Positions 7,936 to 14,045 of a stretch of DNA of 14,672 nucleotides are shown in pieces. Origin of the DNA: a virus (lineage: Duplodnaviria > Heunggongvirae > Uroviricota > Caudoviricetes); IMG/VR virus record IMGVR_UViG_3300021166_000052, positions 261,424-276,095 of that record. One strand, given 5' to 3'. The notes below the pieces were generated by a model. The model saw nothing but the letters and a program-made list of their open reading frames with translations, had not been told where the DNA came from and searched no databases. Positions within the stretch are counted from its first letter, which is position 1; every line of letters starts with the position of its first letter. The position numbers were made by a program, and so were the translations under genes.

Positions 7936-8196
7936 ATGAATATCAAAGTAACATATGATAAAGAAACCACTGAGTTAATGGAAAAGTGGGAGAATATACG
8001 AAACCAATATATAAAAAAATTAAATCAATTTATAAAAGACCGGCCTTATACATCAACTAGTCAGGCCATTGAACTTAGTGAAAATGATAATGGCCTTAGA
8101 AAAATAAACAAACAGATTGACAAATTATATAAATTAAGTATCCCCATTTCTATTGAAATCATAGAAGAACATATTCATAAATTTCCCAATGTGTAA
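7936..8196 (+). CDS. Hypothetical protein (86 aa)
   Basis: TAAGGA SD; ORF track. Confidence 0.8.
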   Translation: MNIKVTYDKETTELMEKWENIRNQYIKKLNQFIKDRPYTSTSQAIELSENDNGLRKINKQIDKLYKLSIPISIEIIEEHIHKFPNV

Positions 8197-8198
8197 AA

Positions 8199-8405
8199 AT
8201 GATATCTTATCAATTTTCGATGTTCATTATCATTGTTTTATGCGTGGCCCCAATAACATCAATCGTATTAGAGGGGGTATGTACAGATAATCCATTTACT
8301 TTATTATTAAAATGGATGTTAAATATAATAATAAGTTGTATTATTATATTAGCAATCGAGGGTTTACATTATATTTTAAATCATATAAGAGTTAATGTAA
8401 TTTAA
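8199..8405 (+). CDS. Small two-TM membrane protein (68 aa)
   Basis: Two long hydrophobic stretches. Confidence 0.65.
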   Translation: MISYQFSMFIIIVLCVAPITSIVLEGVCTDNPFTLLLKWMLNIIISCIIILAIEGLHYILNHIRVNVI

Positions 8406-8420
8406 TAAGGTGATTATATA

Positions 8421-8939
8421 ATGACTATACAATTTGGAACCAACTGTTCCGATCAAAAAAAATTTGGCGATGAATATTTTTGTCATCATGTAAAAAGTGG
8501 AGTATTAGGGTCCACTATTTGTAAATTTGAACATTGCCCGATTTGTATTATTTCAGATACATTCGAACATAATATTAAGTTATATAATGAAATATATCTT
8601 AAATTAGATACTTATGTATGGAGAATATTTAGTCGATATGTTAATGAATTTGAAATAAATTTCAATCGGCCCGATTGGTGGCGAGTAGATGGCCCAGATA
8701 TTCATTTTGAAGGTGAAGATGGGTGTTGTGGGTGTTATGACTCGATGTCATTGGATATTCCTATGCAATTCTTTATCGATACCCAAAAAGCATTTGATGA
8801 ACGCCATGAAGTAATTCGGATCAAAAGAGAAAATGAAATATTGGCAAATAATCGAAAAGCTATGGCCAAATCTCAACAAACTGAACAGAGCGAACGTGAA
8901 TTATACGAAGTGCTCAAGAAAAAATTTGGTGACGTATAA
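8421..8939 (+). CDS. Hypothetical protein; Cys/His-rich N-terminus, charged helical C-terminus (172 aa)
   Basis: TAAGGTG SD; C-x11-CHH-x10-C-x4-CPIC; ends ERELYEVLKKKFG. Confidence 0.85.
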   Translation: MTIQFGTNCSDQKKFGDEYFCHHVKSGVLGSTICKFEHCPICIISDTFEHNIKLYNEIYLKLDTYVWRIFSRYVNEFEINFNRPDWWRVDGPDIHFEGEDGCCGCYDSMSLDIPMQFFIDTQKAFDERHEVIRIKRENEILANNRKAMAKSQQTEQSERELYEVLKKKFGDV

Positions 8940-8964
8940 AAAGTTAATTAACTAGGAGAATATT

Positions 8965-9183
8965 ATGGGTTGGTGTAGTGCAACGGTTATATTTGATGTA
9001 GTGGCAGAGCATATATTATCAGATGCTCCAATTGATAAAAAAGCAATATTACTTCTTATAGCAAATATATTAGAAGATGGTGATTGGGACTGTCAACAAG
9101 ATAGCGTTTATTATGAGCATCCATTAGTACAAGAAATAATGAAAGAGTTACATCCCCATTGGTTTGAGGAGGATGACGATTAA
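8965..9183 (+). CDS. Acidic small phage protein (72 aa)
   Basis: AGGAG SD; MGWCS...LEDGDWDC motif; 17 D/E versus 3 K. Confidence 0.85.
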   Translation: MGWCSATVIFDVVAEHILSDAPIDKKAILLLIANILEDGDWDCQQDSVYYEHPLVQEIMKELHPHWFEEDDD

Positions 9184-9300
9184 GTGGTTCTTATTTTACA
9201 AGCATTACAAGGCCCAAATTACAGCCCCACTATACTTGATATTTGTATAGTATTTGGTATATTAGTTATTACCATTATTATTGCTAAATATTTATCATAA
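9184..9300 (+). CDS. Possible single-TM microprotein (38 aa, MVLILQALQGPNYSPTILDICIVFGILVITIIIAKYLS)
   Basis: Translated by hand; GTG directly after the upstream TAA; GAGGAGG upstream; fills the gap. Confidence 0.5.
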   Translation: MVLILQALQGPNYSPTILDICIVFGILVITIIIAKYLS

Positions 9301-9316
9301 AATAATATAGAGATTT

Positions 9317-9574
9317 ATGTTAATGAAAATTATAGTAGCATTATTTATCCTAATTGGTTTAACAGCATGTAAGGATTCGTCCGAAATATTAAATTTTCCA
9401 GCGGCCCCGCTTGAACTTAAAGATTGTTCATTTTTTAGATTGGAGAATAGTGATGGTTATACCATCCGAGTCGCACGTTGTCCTAATAGCACCACAACCA
9501 CAACATATCAAGTAGGTAAAACTACCCAATCTGTGGTTACTATTGACGGAGTAGAATACATCAAAAAAGATTAA
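9317..9574 (+). CDS. Putative phage lipoprotein (85 aa)
   Basis: Signal peptide with lipobox LTAC; P.ELKDC...VARCPNS.TTT.Y..GK. Confidence 0.75.
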   Translation: MLMKIIVALFILIGLTACKDSSEILNFPAAPLELKDCSFFRLENSDGYTIRVARCPNSTTTTTYQVGKTTQSVVTIDGVEYIKKD

Positions 9575-9590
9575 CTTAATATAAATTGAT

Positions 9591-10421
9591 ATGATAGTAA
9601 AACAAGCAGATATTATTATTAAATGGCTCAAGGCTAACGGTTATCACGAAGATAATAACGGTAATTGGTTTAGAGAACCAGACGATCTATCCTTCCATAA
9701 AGTCATGTTTAAACGGTGTGGTAAAACCCCATCAGACAATACATTATGGATGGATGAATGGTTAGAGTTTGAAACATATAGCACTATTAGAATTGGTCAG
9801 CAACATAGAGCGCATATATTTGATCATTTTAATAATAAAGTGTTATGTGGTGTTAATCGATTTCAACATCCCCCATTTAAAATAAATGTCACAGAATTTG
9901 ATATTAAAGAAATGGGTAAAACGTTTTTAGGATATTCTAAATCACGTGGCGGTCCAAATCCAAACAAGTTTACATGTATAAAATGTGAAAACATATTGGA
10001 AAAAATGTTAATAAGTAGTGGAATAAAAAAAGCTAAGAAGAAAAAAGTTATAAATACTAAAATAAAAGGTAATCCAGATTTAGAAATTTATGACGTGGAA
10101 TTTAATGATATAGAAATTAAATTCACTAATGAATTTAGAAAAACTGAGATGGAAACTCTTATTCATAGTTATATTAACAAGACGGAACCATTATATGATC
10201 CAAATACAAAAGAACGAATGACAGAGGCTGGTAGTCTATCTCTAAACGGATTTTGGAAAGCGTTTGATGGTTTACAGTATACGATGTTTAAAGCTAAAAC
10301 AAGAACTACTACATGGTATGTATACTATACAGCCGGAACAAAAGTGCGTGAAGCAATATGTAAAAAACATAATCTTAAATTTAAACTCGATACTAAAACT
10401 CCAACGTTTATGAATATATAA
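9591..10421 (+). CDS. Lys-rich hypothetical protein, possibly multi-domain (276 aa)
   Basis: Long ORF in the track; no family recognised. Confidence 0.85.
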   Translation: MIVKQADIIIKWLKANGYHEDNNGNWFREPDDLSFHKVMFKRCGKTPSDNTLWMDEWLEFETYSTIRIGQQHRAHIFDHFNNKVLCGVNRFQHPPFKINVTEFDIKEMGKTFLGYSKSRGGPNPNKFTCIKCENILEKMLISSGIKKAKKKKVINTKIKGNPDLEIYDVEFNDIEIKFTNEFRKTEMETLIHSYINKTEPLYDPNTKERMTEAGSLSLNGFWKAFDGLQYTMFKAKTRTTTWYVYYTAGTKVREAICKKHNLKFKLDTKTPTFMNI

Positions 10422-10476
10422 ATACTGGTAATACAAACGAAGTAAAAAATAAAAAAATTATAAGGAGTTACTAACA

Positions 10477-10722
10477 ATGCCACCAGCTAGAGCAGCAAAA
10501 TTTATTGTATTAAAAATTGATTGGTCGGGCCGTAATATGTTGGATGAAATGACAGTCAATGTAGATAGAATTGATTACATTAAACGTGGTAATAGGATTA
10601 ATACAACTGAACTATATATCAGTAACCGGTCACATGCGTTTCTCATTGAACAAGATTATGACAGTGTTCAACATGCTATAGATTATGCTCATACTGAGAT
10701 TACTATTTATAAAGAAGATTGA
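10477..10722 (+). CDS. Small beta-rich protein, FlbD-like pattern (81 aa)
   Basis: TAAGGAG SD; MTVNVDRIDYI...TTELYI...AFLIEQ. Confidence 0.75.
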   Translation: MPPARAAKFIVLKIDWSGRNMLDEMTVNVDRIDYIKRGNRINTTELYISNRSHAFLIEQDYDSVQHAIDYAHTEITIYKED

Positions 10723-10823
10723 CCCCAAAACTAAAGGATAATGAAGCAGTAACCTTTCCGACGCGGACAGCCGTCCAGCACCCGCGCTGACAATGCCAAT
10801 ATCGGAGAAAGTACTTCGGGTCA
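10720..10823. ncRNA. Candidate structured RNA / cis-regulatory leader
   Basis: 42 of 70 nt are G+C at 10753-10822; nested stems TGACCC/GGGTCA, CTT-TCCGA/TCGGA-AAG, CGCGG/CCGCG and GGAC/GTCC; no Rfam family recognised. Confidence 0.5.
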
Positions 10824-10838
10824 TCCTATAAATAATGA

Positions 10839-10867
10839 TTGACATAAGTTCTCCTTGGGGATATATT
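10839..10867 (+). promoter_or_regulatory. Sigma70-type promoter embedded in the inverted repeat
   Basis: TTGACA 10839-10844, 17-nt spacer, TATATT 10862-10867. Confidence 0.7.
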
Positions 10868-10898
10868 AAGTATATAACTTTTATCCCCAAGGAGAACT
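10847..10898. repeat. Perfect 17-bp inverted repeat containing the SD of the next gene
   Basis: AGTTCTCCTTGGGGATA 10847-10863 / TATCCCCAAGGAGAACT 10882-10898 with an 18-nt spacer; AAGGAG at 10889-10894; ATG at 10901. Confidence 0.95.
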
Positions 10899-10900
10899 AA

Positions 10901-11308
10901 ATGAATAATTTACCCGAACTGACCGTAGTTTTAAATTCATCTAATGGAATTGAAATACGAGCAAAACTCGAAGAAAATTATAATTGTGTAGAATTTACAT
11001 TAAATAGTAATCCTCAACCAATCTTCATTTCTCCATGGATGCAATTTGAACCCTCTAAAATGGCAGATGAAAGAGCCAGAATCGCCTATGAAATTGTCCA
11101 CCGGGCCACCAACTACCAGAAACTCCTCGAAGAAGTAGACAAATTAAAAAAACAACTCGACAATCAACATGATTACTCTGATAGGCTTGTAAAACAGAAG
11201 TTTGCACTGGTTGATATGTGGAGAGCCGAACGTAAAAAAATGGGATTACCAGATGATTTTAGTGATATAACCGAATGGCCCCCCGAAACAATGAGTGATT
11301 ATGTGTAA
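10901..11308 (+). CDS. Hypothetical protein with coiled-coil segment (135 aa)
   Basis: AAGGAG SD; YQKLLEEVDKLKKQLD heptad-like stretch. Confidence 0.85.
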   Translation: MNNLPELTVVLNSSNGIEIRAKLEENYNCVEFTLNSNPQPIFISPWMQFEPSKMADERARIAYEIVHRATNYQKLLEEVDKLKKQLDNQHDYSDRLVKQKFALVDMWRAERKKMGLPDDFSDITEWPPETMSDYV

Positions 11309-11329
11309 ACAATAAAGGTATATAATGGG

Positions 11330-11548
11330 ATGAATATAAATATAATAACATTACCTAACAAATGGTCAATCATAATCAATGGTGAGCTACATCAAGAAAT
11401 TGAAGGCACTAGACCATCCGAGTTGTTTACCAAAGCGGGTCAAGTGATTGATGAATATTTATATTGGCATACGGTTAGTACCGATTGTGTTGTCATTACC
11501 ATGAATGGTGTAATAACCTGCGATGTAACGACAGTTGTTATAAGTTAA
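11330..11548 (+). CDS. Hypothetical protein (72 aa)
   Basis: AAAGG upstream; ORF track. Confidence 0.7.
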   Translation: MNINIITLPNKWSIIINGELHQEIEGTRPSELFTKAGQVIDEYLYWHTVSTDCVVITMNGVITCDVTTVVIS

Positions 11549-11565
11549 AAATAAAGGATTATATC

Positions 11566-11775
11566 ATGGATTATGTAAAACATTTTAAAAAATGTGAAAA
11601 AACTGGCGTTGATACCTGTCCTATATGTGGTGAAGAATTGGATATGCAATCATCAGACTATCTGAAGCGTGTCGAAGGTGAAGCGGTTGTCTTCTCTGCT
11701 ACCTGTTGTCGATATGATTGGAATGTGATTTGTAAATGTGTGAATGGCAACTATGTATTTGTTAGTATGGCATAA
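11566..11775 (+). CDS. Small Cys-rich Zn-ribbon-like protein (69 aa)
   Basis: AAGGA at 11555-11559 favours ATG 11566; CPICG...TCC...CKC. Confidence 0.75.
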   Translation: MDYVKHFKKCEKTGVDTCPICGEELDMQSSDYLKRVEGEAVVFSATCCRYDWNVICKCVNGNYVFVSMA

Positions 11776-11933
11776 TGTGTAAACATAACGATGATGATTA
11801 CGATTGCCTTGATTGTTGCTTTGAAATGGGCGCGAATGATGCAATTGATGATTTAGCATGTGACCCACCATATAAAAATTTCGATCAATGCGATGCTTAT
11901 CGAGATGGTTGGTTTAGCATGATCGAGGAATAA
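11775..11933 (+). CDS. Acidic Rmf/CrpP-like microprotein (52 aa), below ORF-track cutoff
   Basis: Translated by hand: MCKHNDDDYDCLDCCFEMGANDAIDDLACDPPYKNFDQCDAYRDGWFSMIEE; TAATG coupling; G-x12-PY-x8-Y-x2-GW spacing. Confidence 0.65.
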   Translation: MCKHNDDDYDCLDCCFEMGANDAIDDLACDPPYKNFDQCDAYRDGWFSMIEE

Positions 11934-12061
11934 TTGCTAGGAAATCAAACGGATTGTAGCATATATAAATTCATAAAAAATGATTGTATAAAATTTTAAT
12001 ATATGATATTTATATTAAAATAAAATATTTACCCTTACCCTAATTAAACAGAGGAATAAAA

Positions 12062-13192
12062 ATGGTAATAGTACCCACCGCCACAATTTCATCATTTACA
12101 TCTAAATATTTACCAGTCGTTAAAAAAAGTAAATTATCAGTAGATGATAAAATGAAATTATATAAAACAGCTAAAACTGGTGTATTGAATTTATTTCAAC
12201 TATTTAAAGCAAAAGCATTAAAATTGAGCAATGGGGGATTTGTAGTTGAAATGAAAATAACTCCCGAAATAGCAAGATTATTAATTGCAGCTAATCCTGT
12301 TCATATTAAAAATGATAAAAAAACTGCGGAAACGCCTAATCGAGCATTGGGTGCAACAAGAGCAAAAGAATATTCTACTCAAATGAAATTGAGTAAGTGG
12401 AAAGTAACAGGCGACTCTGTAAGATTTTCTATAGATGGAACACTTATTGATGGGCAACATCGTCTTGAGGCGTGTATTAAAGGTAATATCACATTTAATA
12501 CACTTGTTATTTTTAATCTTCCTACTGATACAATGGAAGCAATTGATATTGGAAAAAGTAGGGACGATAATGATTTGCTTAAAATGAAAGGGTATCAAAA
12601 TCATACCAAATTTACAGCAAGTATTAAATTTGCTATGATGTATAATAAATCATTAAATAGAGTTCCTTCCGCCTACTCACAAAAAATGAAAATTAGAACA
12701 TCACTGTTGGAAAACGAAGAAGTTCCTCAATTCCTAGAAAGAATTGGATTCGGTGATAAATATGATAATACATTATATAATAATTTAACAAAAGCTCTGG
12801 ATATTCGTAAAGCAAACCTCGATAATACTGATATTATTACACCATCTAAAATTGCTGTTCTATCATATCTTATTGAGGAAGCACTAGGTAAAGATATATC
12901 AACGGCTTTTATTAAGAAAGTGTATACAATGTATAATTTTGTTAATAATGATCCTCTTTCAATGTATAGAAATACAATTATCAACCTTAAAACAAAAGGT
13001 CAAGAAACAACTATGCATGGGAAGGAATTTCGGTATCTTATCAGAGCATGGAATCAGTTTATTTCAGGAGAAACCCCTAAACAATTAAGTAGTAAAAATA
13101 TTGAACATGCGGTCCCTTTAATTACTGTACCCAACTCGTCAATAGAATTGTATATTGATAAAGAAGGTATCCTCCAACGTAAATTTGTTTAA
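12062..13192 (+). CDS. ParB-N/Srx-like DGQHR-motif protein (376 aa)
   Basis: GAGGA SD; ITPEIA...NR.L...Y..QM...W...GD.V.F..DG.LIDGQHRL...IDIGK.R is the typical pattern of phage ParB-N-domain proteins; DGQHR at 12449-12463. Confidence 0.8.
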   Translation: MVIVPTATISSFTSKYLPVVKKSKLSVDDKMKLYKTAKTGVLNLFQLFKAKALKLSNGGFVVEMKITPEIARLLIAANPVHIKNDKKTAETPNRALGATRAKEYSTQMKLSKWKVTGDSVRFSIDGTLIDGQHRLEACIKGNITFNTLVIFNLPTDTMEAIDIGKSRDDNDLLKMKGYQNHTKFTASIKFAMMYNKSLNRVPSAYSQKMKIRTSLLENEEVPQFLERIGFGDKYDNTLYNNLTKALDIRKANLDNTDIITPSKIAVLSYLIEEALGKDISTAFIKKVYTMYNFVNNDPLSMYRNTIINLKTKGQETTMHGKEFRYLIRAWNQFISGETPKQLSSKNIEHAVPLITVPNSSIELYIDKEGILQRKFV

Positions 13193-13195
13193 CAG

Positions 13196-13393
13196 ATGTG
13201 CGGTAATGGTAAGAGTTGTGAAGAATGTAGCAGGGGTCCATGTGGCCCCTCATATGATGATATAAAATATGTAGGACGCAAAGGAAAGTGTATTGACTGT
13301 GATAATTATGACTTTTGGTTATGTGGTTGTAAAAAAGGAATAAAGCACTCTCAGTGTCAATGTTTTGAAGAGCGTCAACTATTGAGATACTAA
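13196..13393 (+). CDS. Cys-rich small protein (65 aa, 10 Cys)
   Basis: CEEC, CIDC, CGC and CQC motifs; TAATG coupling to the next gene. Confidence 0.7.
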   Translation: MCGNGKSCEECSRGPCGPSYDDIKYVGRKGKCIDCDNYDFWLCGCKKGIKHSQCQCFEERQLLRY

Positions 13394-14028
13394 TGGAAAT
13401 TACATATAAAACAATGGGACAACTTATTGAAGAATTTAATATTATTGATGATGGTGGGCATTTAACATTAGAAATAAAACATCCTGATTTGAATGTTAGA
13501 ATAAATGACGATATTTATAAAAAGTGTGAGCAAGTATTCAACCCATATACTATTATAATAAAGAATAAGAGAGAAGAAAAGATAGGGGAGCTAACATTTT
13601 ATAAATCAATTAAATTAAGTGATTATAACATTATACGACCGTCATTTTATGGACATAATTATCGTTGTAGCGATATATTAAATGGTAATAATCACGCAGT
13701 AGCATCATTCGCGCCAATTTCAGGTATTGTTGAATCTATAATAGATGCTGACATTAATATTGAAAATATTATCCTATTATATAAAGTTGAATTGCATGAG
13801 GAATATAGAAATAAAAAACTACTACCATATATAATGAATACTGTCTTCGATAACTTCATAACAAATAAGAGTTTGGTTATATTAGAAGCCATATCATTAA
13901 GTGAAAGGAGAAGAAAACCGGAATATCAACAAAAACAAACAGAAAAACTTATTAAATATTATAACAGTATATTTAATAATGTAACTAGGGTTGACGATAC
14001 TAACTTTATGTATATGATTAAGTACTAA
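13393..14028 (+). CDS. Putative GNAT-fold N-acetyltransferase (211 aa)
   Basis: IILLYKVELHEEYRNKKLL...LVILEA...KLIKYY matches GNAT beta4/motif A/motif B layout; the glycines of R-x-x-G-x-G are absent. Confidence 0.55.
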   Translation: MEITYKTMGQLIEEFNIIDDGGHLTLEIKHPDLNVRINDDIYKKCEQVFNPYTIIIKNKREEKIGELTFYKSIKLSDYNIIRPSFYGHNYRCSDILNGNNHAVASFAPISGIVESIIDADINIENIILLYKVELHEEYRNKKLLPYIMNTVFDNFITNKSLVILEAISLSERRRKPEYQQKQTEKLIKYYNSIFNNVTRVDDTNFMYMIKY

Positions 14029-14045
14029 CAAGAGGATTATATAAA

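Noticed and set aside
9591-10421. GIY-YIG homing endonuclease (IRIGQ...H segment)
   Set aside because: No GIY motif or correctly spaced catalytic Arg/Glu recognisable
10733-10752. Leader peptide MKQ (10741-10752) after AAGGA
   Set aside because: The SD-ATG spacing is only 2 nt, too short for efficient initiation
10762-10815. Hammerhead ribozyme (CTGACAA...GAAA) or fluoride riboswitch (CCGC-GCTGA) resemblance
   Set aside because: The core is CUGACAA rather than CUGAnGA, stem II and the NUH site are missing, and the 5' GGnGAUGG part of the fluoride motif is absent
10720-10823. tRNA gene
   Set aside because: No T-loop TTCRA in a cloverleaf context, no 7-bp acceptor stem, and arm lengths do not fit
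3245-10834. T4-type late promoters TATAAATA (3245, 5634, 10049, 10417, 10827)
   Set aside because: About four copies per strand are expected by chance at this AT content, several coincide with TAA stop codons, and no late genes are present; only the 10827 copy is mentioned, as a conditional idea
11940-12030. Sigma70 promoter upstream of the ParB-like gene
   Set aside because: TTGTAT and several TAnnnT boxes exist, but none pair at 16-18 nt; a promoter is likely but cannot be placed
938-13892. Minus-strand and nested alternative-frame ORFs in the track (e.g. 938..1186, 1762..2157, 2019..2261, 6775..6999, 12281..12604, 12727..12984, 13692..13892)
   Set aside because: They lie on top of better-supported + strand genes that have SD sites and coupling; Ile/Phe-rich shadow composition; no SD seen
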